Assembly (NCBI GenBank): GCA_963778215.1
Contig: CAVZTL010000005.1
Coordinates: 103,985-167,984 of the forward strand
Direction of reading: 5' to 3'
DNA: 64,000 nucleotides
Source: an uncultured Actinomycetota bacterium
GTDB lineage: Bacteria > Actinomycetota > Thermoleophilia > Solirubrobacterales > Solirubrobacteraceae
Shown here in pieces: positions 1-10,043 of the stretch (positions are counted from its first letter, which is position 1; each line of letters starts with the position of its first letter). Under the pieces are notes generated by a model that worked only from the letters and a program-made list of their open reading frames with translations, searched no databases and had not been told where the DNA came from. The position numbers and the translations under genes were made by a program.

Positions 1-1
1 C

Positions 2-130
2 TCGATCAAGCTGCCGCGCGCCACCCGAGGTCTCACCTACCAGCTGTGGCTTGTGGTGCAGTCAAGGCTCAACCCCGGTTGGCCGTATCTCGGTGCACGC
101 AGCCCCACGCTGACCCGGAAGGTGCGCTAG
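2..130 (+). CDS. C-terminal end of a hypothetical (probably secreted) protein, truncated by the window edge
   Basis: Open frame SIKLPRATRGLTYQLWLVVQSRLNPGWPYLGARSPTLTRKVR ending at TAG 128-130, followed by a hairpin. Confidence 0.5.
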   Translation, partial: SIKLPRATRGLTYQLWLVVQSRLNPGWPYLGARSPTLTRKVR

Positions 131-142
131 TTCTGGCCCGCT

Positions 143-172
143 GTCCTGCCCTTCCCGCTGGAAGGGCAGGAC
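143..172. terminator. Perfect 13-bp hairpin with CGCT loop (terminator or REP-like)
   Basis: GTCCTGCCCTTCC-CGCT-GGAAGGGCAGGAC directly after a stop codon. Confidence 0.6.
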
Positions 173-263
173 TCCCTGCGGCGGCGCCTGGGCCGCCGGG
201 AATCCCCACCCCAGAGGACGATATTCGTGAGATCCACCCCGTTGACCGATATCCTGCGTAACA

Positions 264-609
264 ATGCTTGGCACGGACATCCTCCAGCCCACCCATCTCC
301 TGCTCATCCTGTTGGTGGCCCTGGTCGTCCTCGGCCCGAAGCGGTTGCCGGAGGTCGGGCGTTCGCTCGGTCGCGGGCTGCGCGACTTCAGGCAGGGAAT
401 CTCCGGAGTCCAGGACGAGGCCCGCGGCATGTTCAGCGATCTGGACGAGCCGAGCGGCCTGCCGGAGGACTCAGCCGTGTCACTCGTGCCCGAGCCCCTG
501 ACGCCGGCCACCGCCGAGCCCATGACCCAGCCCGTGCTGGCACCCGACCGTCGCCACGGTGACGAAGGTCGCGCCGGTGGAACCGGACCCGGCCGACTAC
601 GCAGACTGA
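264..609 (+). CDS. tatA: Sec-independent translocase TatA/TatB-family subunit (one +1 indel near 543)
   Basis: N-terminal HLLLILLVALVVLGPKRLPEVGRSLGRGLRDFR motif; removing one C near 543 gives ...APTVATVTKVAPVEPDPADYAD* with TGA at 607-609. Confidence 0.85.
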
Positions 610-626
610 CCGCCGAGCCCGGGCCG

Positions 627-1473
627 GTGGAGACCGCCGCGCTCGTCGCGCTGCTCCGCGCGGGCGGCCGCGCCTGGACCAACTACGTGCTGGCCGCGCG
701 CCAGCGGGGGACCCAGGGCGTCTCGGCGCTGGCCATGCTCGAGCAGGAGCTCGGCCTGCTCTCCTACGAGGCGCTCGCGGCGGCTGAGACGGACATCGAG
801 AACTGGCGCGCGCGCGGCTACCAGGTGCTTGCGCTATCCGATCCCGCCTACCCGGAGAACCTGCGGGTGGTCGAGAACCGCCCGCCGCTGCTGTTCGTCG
901 CCGGCAGTCTGAGCCCGGCGGATCGACGCGCGGTGGCGGTGATCGGCACCCGGCAGCCCACCGAAGTGGGGCGTGCCCTGGCCCGGCGCACCGCTGAGGC
1001 CCTGGCCCGTTCCGGCTTCACGGTCGTCTCGGGTCTGGCGGCCGGTATCGACGCCGAGGCCCATCGCGCCACGCTGCAGCTCCAGGCAGGCCCGACCCGC
1101 GACGTGCGCACGCTCGCGGTGCTCGGCAACGGGCTGGGCCAGGTCTATCCGTCCGAGCACGCCGAGCTCCAAGCCCGAGGTCGCCGAGCAGGGTGCGGTG
1201 ATCTCCCAGTTCTGGCCCGATGCCCCGCCGACCCGGCACAGCTTTCCGGCCCGCAACGCGGTCATGTCCGGCCTGACCCTCGGCAGCGTGATCGTGGAGG
1301 CCTCCGAGCACAGCGGAACCCGCATCCAGGCCCGTCACGCGCTCGCCCAGGGGCGAGTCGTGGTGCTGATGCCGCCGACGCTTCGGTGTCAGTGGGCGGT
1401 GGAGCTGGCCGAGCAGGCCGGTGTGGTGGTCGCCCAGGACGCTGCTGATGTCGTCGACGTGTTCAAGCGTTGA
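627..1473 (+). CDS. dprA: DprA/Smf-family DNA-processing protein, short form without C-terminal winged helix (one +1 indel near 1175)
   Basis: Motifs AVAVIGTR, VVSGLAAGIDAEAHR, AVLGNGLGQVYP, then in next frame GAVISQFWPDAPPTRHSFPARNAVMSGL...VEASEHSGTRIQAR. Confidence 0.88.
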
Positions 1474-2176
1474 GCGGCTGCTCTCGCCCCGTCACGGCTC
1501 CGGCGTCTGCCCCCGCTGCCTGAACCTCACTGAGCCGGGCGGCGTCTGCCGCGCCTGCCAGAGCATCCGAGCATCACCTCGCCGCTGTCGCTGCCGATCT
1601 CCTACAGCGTGGGCGGCGAGTGGCTTCACCAGCTGATCGCCGCCTACAAGCGCGACGCCGATCCCTGGGTACCCGACGCGGTGGCCACGCTGGCGCAGCT
1701 CTGCGCCGGATTCCTGGCCGCCCACGAGCGCTGCGTGGCCCGAGCGGCCGGAGTGTCTGACTTCCAGGTGGTCACGACCGTGCCCTCAGCTGACCCGTTG
1801 CGCGACCTGCACCACCCGATGCGGCGGATCGTGGGTGAGCTCGTGGAGACGACGCGGCGATCGCTACGAGCGCCTGCTCGTGCGCTCGGATTCCTCCGCG
1901 ATCCCGCGGGTGTTCGATCCCGCCCGCTACCGGGCCACCCGCAAGCTCGAAGGGCGAGGCGGTTCTGCTCGATCGACGACATGTGGACCAGCGGCGCCAG
2001 CGCGGAGAGCGCCGCGGCGGCGTTGCTCGCGGCGGGAGCCCGTGCCGTCGCCGCGGTCGTCGTGGCTCGGCATCTGAACCGCGGCTGGCGCGAGAACGAT
2101 GCACGGCTGGGCGAGCTCGCCGCCGGGGGCTTCGATCCCCGGCTCTGCGCCCTGTGCGCAGGCGGGCGAGCGCTGA
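1448..2176 (+). CDS. ComF-like phosphoribosyltransferase with N-terminal CxxC..CxxC and C-terminal CxxC (several +1 indels)
   Basis: CPRC...CRAC; VTTVPS; PRPP-binding motif reconstructed as VLLIDDMWTSGASAESAAAALLAAGARAVAAVVVAR; CALC near end; probable stop TGA 2174-2176 after indel correction. Confidence 0.8.
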
Positions 2177-2186
2177 ACGGCCAGGC

Positions 2187-2214
2187 CCGCCGCCGCCCAG
2201 CGGGGCGACGGCGG
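2187..2214. terminator. 12-bp hairpin between convergent genes, CGCT loop on the minus strand
   Basis: Minus strand CCGCCGTCGCCC-CGCT-GGGCGGCGGCGG (one G-U pair). Confidence 0.55.
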
Positions 2215-2241
2215 AGTGGAAACCCGGCAGCCAGACTGCGA

Positions 2242-3832
2242 TCAGGCGTTGACCTTGACCTTCAGAGACGCGCTTCCGGCGCGCACGCTGAAGGTCAGCT
2301 TCTTGGTCTTGTGCTTCTTGATCGACTGGATGAGGCCGCTGGGCTCGCTGATCAGACCCTTCTTGGTCTTGGATCGTCTCGGCTTTGAGGCTGCTCCTCA
2401 GGCTGATCACGAGCTGGCCGCCGGCGATCCGGACCGACTTGATCTTCGCCCCAGAGACCTCCTTGGCCAGCTTCGTGGACTTCACGAACTTCAGCCCCCC
2501 GGCCAAACCGAGGGTGAGGGTCTGGAACGCGCTGCCCGCCTTGACCGAGAACTTCACGGTTGGATGCCCGCCGGTGAGACCCGCGGCACTGCCCGATGCG
2601 GTGCTCGCGGCCCTGCACTTATTCGTGACGACCGTCGGGGTGGAGGCGAGTGCAACCGCCGAGACGTGCCCGCCGGCGCTGCTTATGCCATCGCGGGTGT
2701 CGCCGAACGCGTAGGCCAGGTTGGCCACATCATCGGTCACCGAGCCGCCCACCGTGCCCAGCGTGGTGCAGCTCTTGGCCTCGACCGGAGAGGTCGCCGC
2801 CGGGAATCGCAACGCCAGTTTGGACACCGCCAACGGCTGCGGCCCGGCCGGCGTGGCCAGCAGGCCGAACCGCAGGGTGAGCGGTAACGCGAGGGTGGTG
2901 GGGAAAGACCCCAGGGCGTAGACATGCGGAGCGAACCACAGCTCCAGGTAGGGCTGGGTTATGGAGCCCTGGCCGCTGATCATGCCGGTCTGAATCGCGT
3001 AGACCTTGCCCACCACCTGGTTGTTGGCGCCACCGTAGGCGTCGGCCAGCGGCGAGGTCAGCGTGGCCGTGCCGAGCGCGGTGCCCGTCGGTTTGGCCTC
3101 CACCGCCGCGATGGCACTGGCCGAGGTGCCGTTCGCCGCGGCGTTCACCTCGGCGCCCACCAGGGCGGTGTTGACGCCGAGACCCGCCGGGAACGTCAGC
3201 GTGAACGCGCTGGGCAGGATGTAGCCGCCGGACGGGGCGCTCACCGTGATGTTGTAGGCGATCGGCGTGTTGGCCGCTGTGACCGTTCCGGAAGATTGGA
3301 TCCGGGCGGTGTCGGCTGAATTCAGCACCCCGCCGGTCCCGGCGCCCAGGTGGCCGATGACGCCACTTAGCTGGTTCCAACCCTGGCCGGCCGCGATCAC
3401 GACAGCCTTGTCGGTGTTATAGGTTGGGTCTCCGCCGGCGCCGGCCAGCGTGGCTGCGTAGGTGGTCGAGCTCGGCACTTCGGTCACGGTGCCGTCGGTT
3501 ACGGTCGTTGCGCTGAAGTCGGCCGCTATCGAGAGCGCCTGAACCTCCGTCAGTGCACCGGCTCCCTGCGCCGGCGGGAAGGAGGCGTAGAGCGGGACGT
3601 TCGGGCTGTGCGTATCGCCGACCCCGTTCAGTTCCTGGTCGGCCTGCTTGAGGTCGGCGTAGGCGCCATTGAAAATCGAATAGATGCTCGTGGGCGTGCC
3701 GCTACCCGCGTAGGGCGCGTCGCTTGAGCTCCCGATCGGGATCTGGATGGCGGACGCGGACGCGGCAAGGGCCAACGTACCGCCGAGGACGGCCGTGGCC
3801 ATCAGCGATCGTCGCATTGGACGAAGAGACAA
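2242..3832 (-). CDS. Secreted/surface hypothetical protein, Ala/Gly/Thr-rich, with Lys-rich C-terminal domain (one +1 indel near 2372)
   Basis: GAGAGG RBS before TTG start, Sec signal peptide (..RRSLMATAVLGGTLALAASASA); corrected C-terminus ...KKHKTKKLTFSVRAGSASLKVKVNA*. Confidence 0.75.
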
Positions 3833-3985
3833 TCTGTACCTCTCTCGTGGTTAGCGTGATGGTGAGTCTAGTGCGGGAATCGCGAATTTCCGGTTAGGAG
3901 TCGGTGCCCCGTCGCTGCCCGGTGACGCCTGACATCGGTCCAGGTAGGACGCACCGAGGGGCCCAGGCGGTAGCCTCCGCGAACG

Positions 3986-5471
3986 ATGCCAGGCAGGGAT
4001 TCGCCTTCCTCCACCCAGACTCGGACATCGACCATCACGGAGCGCTCAGCGGCTGCGTTGGCCACGGCCATTCGCCGGCGCGAGTTGACGGCCACCCAGG
4101 TGGTCGAGGCGCACATCGAGTTGCTTCAGCGAACCGGCCCGCGGCTGAACGCGATTGTGGCCGAGCGCTTCGACGAGGCGCTGGACCAGGCTCGTGAGAT
4201 CGACCAGGTGATCAGCGGCGCAGCCCTGCGCGGGCTTTCCCTGGACCCGTTGCCGCCGCTCACCGGCGTGCCCTTCACGGTCAAGGAGTCCATCGCGCTC
4301 GAGCGCATGCCCCATAGCGCCGGCCTGCTGGCCCGCCGTGAGAAACGCGCCAGCCGCAGTGCGACGGCCGTGCGACGTCTCGTCGACGCCGGAGCGATCC
4401 CGCTCGGGGTGACCAACACCTCCGAGCTGACGCTCTGGATCGAGTCCGAAAATCCCGTCTACGGCCGGACCAACAACCCTTACGACCCGCGACGCACGGC
4501 CGGTGGCTCCTCTGGCGGGGAGGGGGCGGCGGTCGGATCGGGCGGGTCTCCGTTCGGCATCGCCGCGGACATCGGTGGATCGATCCGCCTGCCGGCGCTG
4601 TTCTGCGGAGTGTTTGGCCACAAGCCGACTCCTGGACTTGTTCCCAACACCGGGGTATGGCCGGCCAGCCAAGGACAGGCTCAGCGGATGCTGGCCGTGG
4701 GGCCGCTGACCCGCCGGGCAGAGGATCTGCTTCCCCTGTTGAGGATCATGGCCGGACCCGACGGTCTGGATGAGCAGGCCGTGCCGATGCGACCTGGGTG
4801 ATCCCGCGTCGGTCTCACTGGATGGCCTGCCGGTCAGCGTCGTGGATGACAGTTCGCTGCGGCCCATGTCCCGCGATCTGCGCTCGGCCCGCGCGCGGGC
4901 CACCGGCGCCCTCGCCTCGGCCGGTGCCCGCGTTCGCAGCGTCAGCATGGCCAGCTGGCGCAAGGCCCTGCTGCCCTTCCTGGCCGCCCTACAGGACACC
5001 GGCACGGACGCCACGCGCATTTCCGCGCTGCTCGCGGAGGCTGGCGGAGGCCAGACCAGCCTGCTGTCCCTGCTCCGGGGCCGGGACAATCACACCCTGC
5101 CCACGCGGCTTACGGTCCTCGCCGAGGCGTTGCCCTCCCGCGGCGCGGCGCGACAGAACCTGCTGAGCAGCGCCCGAGCGCTCGCGGAAGAGCTCGTCGA
5201 AGCGATCGGCCACGGTGTGCTGCTGCATCCCGTCCACCCCAGGGTGGCGCCGCTGCACCGACGCACCTACGGGCGGCCGTGGCTTCTGACCCCCGCCGCG
5301 GTGTTCAACCTGGCCGGCGTCCCGGTCACCCAGGTGCCCCTCGGCCTCAACCCGGCGGGCTTGCCGGTTGGCATCCAGGTCGCGGCCGCCCCCGGCGAGG
5401 ACCATATGGGCATCGCGGTCGCCCTCGAGCTCGAAGCGGTCTTCGGCGGCTGGGTGCCCCCCGGACTCTGA
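3986..5471 (+). CDS. Amidase-signature family protein (one indel near 4795)
   Basis: GVPFTVKES, GRTNNPYDPRRTAGGSSGGEGAAV, DIGGSIRLPA; C-terminal FNLAGVP..GLPVGIQV in next frame. Confidence 0.92.
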
Positions 5472-5698
5472 CCCCCGGGGTCAGGGGCTTGAGGGTCGGG
5501 CGCCCCGCTGGGCGCCCCTTAAACCGGACGAGGACCCAACCTGCAGGTCCTCACCCAGTGTCCTCTCGGCGCCGTCCTCACGGCCGGGTTGAGTCCGGCG
5601 CCGGGAAGTTCGATTCGCTCGCTTTAGCACGCGAGACCGGGCCGAAGTTGCGCACAGGACGAAGTTGGTCGGCCCTTGTCATACTGGGACTCGCCCAC

Positions 5699-5772
<74 letters not shown>

Positions 5773-5778
5773 TTCCCA

Positions 5779-5804
5779 GAAGCGCCCGCCCCAGCGGGCG
5801 TTTC
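5779..5804 (+). terminator. Putative intrinsic terminator of tRNA-Asp
   Basis: GAAGCGCCCGC-CCCA-GCGGGCGTTTC hairpin immediately downstream of the tRNA. Confidence 0.6.
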
Positions 5805-5824
5805 GTCGTGAAGGGGTCGGTTGC

Positions 5825-5947
5825 ATGCCAGCCACCGAGATTCTCCCGGCGGGACACGGAACGCTCACGCGCGACGAGGTCCTGACCGCGCGTGAGGTCG
5901 CCGACTTGCCGACCGGGACTGACTCTTCGCCCTCGCCAGCAAGGTAG
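5825..5947 (+). pseudogene. Truncated excisionase-like (MerR/HTH_17) DNA-binding protein remnant
   Basis: GAAGGGG RBS, then MPATEILPAGHGTLTRDEVLTAREVADL; matches the first helix of Xis-type HTHs, then breaks off. Confidence 0.5.
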
Positions 5948-6059
5948 AACGCGATCGCCTCTTCGACAGATTCGATCAGTTCCGCGACGGACTGTCCGGA
6001 CGCAAAGCAGCCAGGAGCTCGCGGACCTCGGGCCAGTAGGAGCCGTCCGCGTGACGCAC
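5910..6059 (-). pseudogene. HicB-family antitoxin remnant (frameshifted, no clear start)
   Basis: VRHADGSYWPEVREL / PGCFASGQSVAELIESVEEAIAFYL matches the HicB N-terminal signature. Confidence 0.65.
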
Positions 6060-6232
6060 AGCGACGTTTAGTTGCTTCTGATCCGTCGGCGTCCTCGTAG
6101 CGTCGATCATAGGTTGTCAACGGTCCGGCGTCGGCTAAAGCTGACAGCCCTGGGGCCGCTGAAAGAGTCACGCCGTGCCGCTACGTAACCGCGACACGGC
6201 GTGGCCATTGGGTCAGAACGACAAGCCGAGTT

Positions 6233-6937
6233 TCAGTTGGGGGCGACGCACGAGGGCGGCGTTGTTTGATCGATCTGGCCGACCGGTTGCAGGCCGGAGG
6301 GGGAGGCGGCGAGCACGAGCGTCTGGCCGTCCGGGACGTTCGTCCTCGGCGCCGCGAGCACGAGCGTGTGCCCGTCCGCAGTGTTCGAGAGTCCTTGTCC
6401 ACTTGCTCCTGGATTCGGGGCTGGGGACAGCTGGATGGTGTTGGCCCCGCCCCCGGGGGCGGCCGTAAGCGTCGCGGGAGGGGCGTTTGAACCGGCGAGC
6501 TGAACGGGCGCGTTGCAGCCCGGCTCGACCTCGGCGACTCTGACGTGCACGCCGGCCGCGGCGAGCTTGGCGTTGAGGGCGTCAACCGCATCGAGCGAGT
6601 TGAGGGTGATCGTGACCGTCCCATCGGCGGCCGTGGTCACCGCGAACGCAGGCGGACTAGAGGCTCCGGCAAATGCGAGGACCACCGCTGCGGCGACCGT
6701 GCCGATGCCGAGGCCGGCGCCGGCCAGGATTCGCGGGCGCCCCCCCGGTCGGCGTCGGCGTGTGGCCGACCGTGACGTACGACCGCGTGGCTCGGGGTCC
6801 ACGCTGCTCGGTCCTCGAGCCAGGAGGCGGTGCAGTGACTCCTCGGTTGCAGTGCTAGACCGCGGCGGTCTGCCCGCCAGCGGATCGGCCGCCCGTAGGA
6901 CGGCATAGAGGTCGTCGTCAGACATTGTTCTAGTCAC
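6233..6937 (-). CDS. Putative single-TM anti-sigma factor (CU044_5270-like)
   Basis: Overlaps the ECF sigma stop; LRAADP N-terminus, Arg-rich stretch, one TM segment, extracytoplasmic tail. Confidence 0.65.
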   Translation of the reverse strand: MTRTMSDDDLYAVLRAADPLAGRPPRSSTATEESLHRLLARGPSSVDPEPRGRTSRSATRRRRPGGRPRILAGAGLGIGTVAAAVVLAFAGASSPPAFAVTTAADGTVTITLNSLDAVDALNAKLAAAGVHVRVAEVEPGCNAPVQLAGSNAPPATLTAAPGGGANTIQLSPAPNPGASGQGLSNTADGHTLVLAAPRTNVPDGQTLVLAASPSGLQPVGQIDQTTPPSCVAPN

Positions 6938-7517
6938 GGTGAGTGGCTCCTTGATGTATTGAAGACGGGATAGGGGCCGTTGAGGCTGCGGTGGGTTGCT
7001 CGAGCAGACCTTTCATTCTTTGCTTCGCTCGGTGAAGCCGCACGCGGAAACGGACGGGTGGCTCGCCGAGTACGGAGGCGGCCTGCTGGGGCGTCAATCC
7101 GTCCCAGGCGACGAGCATCAACGCCTCACGATCCTTCTCCGGCAGCCTGGCTAACGCGCCGATCGCCCGCTCGTCGGCGTCCCCAGACCAAACAGTCAAC
7201 GGCGGGGACCAGGTCGACGCCAGTCGGCTGCCCAGTTGTTGGCGTCTTTTCTCACCGCGGCGCTGCGTTGAGAGCACCCGTCGGGCAACGCCGAACAGCC
7301 ACGGCAACGCCGGGTCCGGCACATCGTCGAGCCGTCGCCACGCGACCAAAAACGTCTCAGCGACAACGTCGTCCACGACGTCTGCCGTTGCGCGCCGGCG
7401 CACGTATGCGACGACCGCCGGTTCGTGACGCCGGAAGAGATCTTCCAGCCGCTCGCGGGCAACGCGGTGCTCGAGGTCGGGTTCGGTCATCACACTGCTC
7501 ATGGCCAGCATCAACAT
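6930..7517 (-). CDS. ECF-type RNA polymerase sigma factor (start may be 7490)
   Basis: DDVVAETFLVAWRRLD, PWLFGVARR, LARLPEKDREALMLVAWDGLT, RVRLHRAK. Confidence 0.93.
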   Translation of the reverse strand: MLMLAMSSVMTEPDLEHRVARERLEDLFRRHEPAVVAYVRRRATADVVDDVVAETFLVAWRRLDDVPDPALPWLFGVARRVLSTQRRGEKRRQQLGSRLASTWSPPLTVWSGDADERAIGALARLPEKDREALMLVAWDGLTPQQAASVLGEPPVRFRVRLHRAKQRMKGLLEQPTAASTAPIPSSIHQGATHRD

Positions 7518-7917
7518 GAGCGTTACACGCAGTACACCAACGGACGAGGTCTACGTTCATGCGCGGCACCGAAACGCGCAACGAGAGCGGCCTTAGGACC
7601 GGGCGCAGAGCTTGCCTGACGGGCGACGCGGGCCATTAAGTAGAGAACGCTCCGTACAGGCGGGATATGGGGCCGGTACGGAGCGCGCTCTGAGGGAGGA
7701 GAGGGTGCTGCTCCGCGGATGTTGGCGTACCCGCGTCCCGGAGTCCAAGACGGGAACGCCAAGACACCTATAAGTTCGTGCTATGGATAACGGCGACAGC
7801 AGGAGCCGACGGTATTCGTCACGGCGATCGGGGGGTCACAGGATGCAAAGCCGTGACGTGATCATCGCTAAAGGCCGTTGCGGCGACGAGCCCGACCGGG
7901 ATGAACCATGCGGGGAC

Positions 7918-9174
7918 TCAGGTGGTTGTGTTCGCGGTGGCGAGCTTCGAGCGCACGAGTACGAGCGGCGCGTCGGGGTCGTGTGGCTGCGGAATCGCCG
8001 TCAGCGCGAACTCGCTGATTGCGCCGGGACGAAATATGAGGCAGTGGGTCGACCCACCGTATTGAAAGTGGCCGATCTCCTCGCCCTTCTCGACGTGGTA
8101 TCCAGGCTTCAAGTCAGGTGCGATCAAGCAGGAGGAAACCTCTGACATACCCACCGGCACCACGGCCATCAGTCCGATGACGGGATCATCGGCCTCGATG
8201 AGGATGATCGCGCGACTGGCGACGTGCGCCAGGTATGACTGCGAGTTCTTTGGCTCGGTCGCGTCCTTGCCCTCGGAGTCTGCCTCGGAGTAATAGGTGC
8301 CTGGCTGGACGAACGCACGGACGATCGTGCCCGCGACTGGACTATGCCACCGGTGGTAGTTGGTTGCGCTGAGAAAAGCCTGGTAGACCGTGCCGCCGAC
8401 GAATTGCTCAGCCGACTCGTCGTTGGCCAGGATGTCCCGTAGCGAGTACGGCTGGCTCTTGATCCAAAAGCGGTCCTGCAGTCGCACATCCGTGCTGATG
8501 CCGTAGGGCGTGGACTCGCATGCGCTGACAATTACCTTGTCGTTCTTCGGCGCGGCCACCGGGCGTTCGCCGTCCTTGAAATGTCGGGTGAAGAAATCGT
8601 TCCACGAGGCGAAACCCCAGTATTCGTCTTCCGGATCGTGCTGGTACTGCTCGATGCCCACCGCTTGGCGTGCCGTCTGGCTTTTCCACCCTGAGTCCGA
8701 CTCGTTGAGGACGTAAAGGGAGTCGGCGCTGCTGAGGAAGTCACACCAGACGCCGAGGATCTTCTTGAGCATCCCATTGACGCGAGGGTCGCGGAAGGCG
8801 GCAAAGCCAGCCGGTGTCCCCATCGACCAGTCGAAAATCGCGTTCAGGGGCAGCGCTACGTTCTTGCCGTACTCGGGCGCCATCGTCAAGAGCTCATTGA
8901 TGAAGCGCAGGAGTTGCTCGACGCTCTCGAGGTGCCGCTTGCGGTACGGCTTGCCGTTCGGCACCTGCTCGATCATCTGGTTGACGTACATCCGCACGAT
9001 TGGGTCGGTGTCGATCAGCTCCTGAAACTCGCTGATCACCGGGTGGAGCACGAGCTGCTCGCCCATGGCCTCAACCCGCTGCCGATGTCCCGCGAGCCAC
9101 GACTCCAAGTCGTCCTGCTCGGGCAGCCAGCCGGCTCGGCGCGAAACGTCGACGGGGTGGGGAGTAGTTGTCAT
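7918..9174 (-). CDS. Phosphatidylserine decarboxylase-family protein with PSDC N-terminal domain (PsiD-like clade)
   Basis: RRAGWLP N-terminus, SWNDFFTR, VSACES, FWIKSQPYSL, QAFLSATNYHRWHSPV, VGMSEVSSC, pyruvoyl cleavage motif FQYGGST. Confidence 0.9.
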   Translation of the reverse strand: MTTTPHPVDVSRRAGWLPEQDDLESWLAGHRQRVEAMGEQLVLHPVISEFQELIDTDPIVRMYVNQMIEQVPNGKPYRKRHLESVEQLLRFINELLTMAPEYGKNVALPLNAIFDWSMGTPAGFAAFRDPRVNGMLKKILGVWCDFLSSADSLYVLNESDSGWKSQTARQAVGIEQYQHDPEDEYWGFASWNDFFTRHFKDGERPVAAPKNDKVIVSACESTPYGISTDVRLQDRFWIKSQPYSLRDILANDESAEQFVGGTVYQAFLSATNYHRWHSPVAGTIVRAFVQPGTYYSEADSEGKDATEPKNSQSYLAHVASRAIILIEADDPVIGLMAVVPVGMSEVSSCLIAPDLKPGYHVEKGEEIGHFQYGGSTHCLIFRPGAISEFALTAIPQPHDPDAPLVLVRSKLATANTTT

Positions 9175-9301
9175 CGTGGCCACCATACCCGCGCTCGTTC
9201 CGCTCAACCGCATTCTGCGGTTGAGCCCGAAGCTGTGCGTCGGCACCTGAAGCGCCGTAAACGGGGGCCCCGCCACCGGTCGGCTGTGAGAGAGTGAGGG
9301 T

Positions 9302-10021
9302 ATGGCCGAGTACTTCGGAGAGGCCGTGGCTGCTCGGTACGACGAGAACGACGCGTCTGATCCGTCGGTGGTCGAACCGGCAGTGGATCTCCTGGCGGAT
9401 CTGGCCGGCAGTGGCCGGGCCGTGGAGTTCGCGATCGGCACGGGCCGGATCGCTTTGCCGCTGGCTGCCCGCGGTGTCTCGGTCGCCGGCATGGATACGT
9501 CGCAGGCCATGCTCTCACGCCTGCGGGCAAAGCCAGGCGCCGACCGGATCGAAGCGGTGGTTGGCGACATGCGATCAACCCGGCTGCCGGGCACCTTTCA
9601 GATCGCATACCTGGTGTTCAACACGATCAACAACGTGACGACCCAGGACGGACAGGTGGCGTGCTTCGTCAACGCGGAGGCCCACCTACAAGCCGGTGGT
9701 CACTTTGTGGTCGAGGTCGGCGTGCCGGATCTGCGTCGATTGCCACCGGGCCAAAACGCTGTCCCGTTCCGGGTTGACACAGATCGGCTTGGCTTCGATA
9801 CCTACGACACTGTCACCCAGGAGATGTGGTCACACCACTACTGGAAGGACTCGGGTGGGATCGAGTCGCTGGCTATTCCGTTTCGTTACGTATGGCCCGC
9901 GGAGCTCGACCTGATGGCGAGAATCGCAGGGCTCCGGCTAAAGCACCGTTGGGCCGGATGGCAGCATGAGCCTTTCACCGGCGACAGTCGTTCTCACGTC
10001 TCGATCTACGAGAAGCCCTAG
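9302..10021 (+). CDS. Class I SAM-dependent methyltransferase
   Basis: EFAIGTGRIALPL motif I, GDM, YLVFNTI. Confidence 0.92.
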   Translation: MAEYFGEAVAARYDENDASDPSVVEPAVDLLADLAGSGRAVEFAIGTGRIALPLAARGVSVAGMDTSQAMLSRLRAKPGADRIEAVVGDMRSTRLPGTFQIAYLVFNTINNVTTQDGQVACFVNAEAHLQAGGHFVVEVGVPDLRRLPPGQNAVPFRVDTDRLGFDTYDTVTQEMWSHHYWKDSGGIESLAIPFRYVWPAELDLMARIAGLRLKHRWAGWQHEPFTGDSRSHVSIYEKP

Positions 10022-10043
10022 TCGAGTATCCCTGGAGGGGTCG

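Noticed and set aside
264-1448. Apparent TatA-DprA fusion ORF in the ORF track
   Set aside because: One extra C near 543 explains the read-through. The corrected TatA ends naturally at TGA 607-609 and DprA has its own GTG at 627.
3833-3985. Cyclic dinucleotide riboswitch upstream of the secreted protein
   Set aside because: Only a generic TCGGTGC/GCACCGA stem; no GEMM or ydaO consensus nucleotides are visible.
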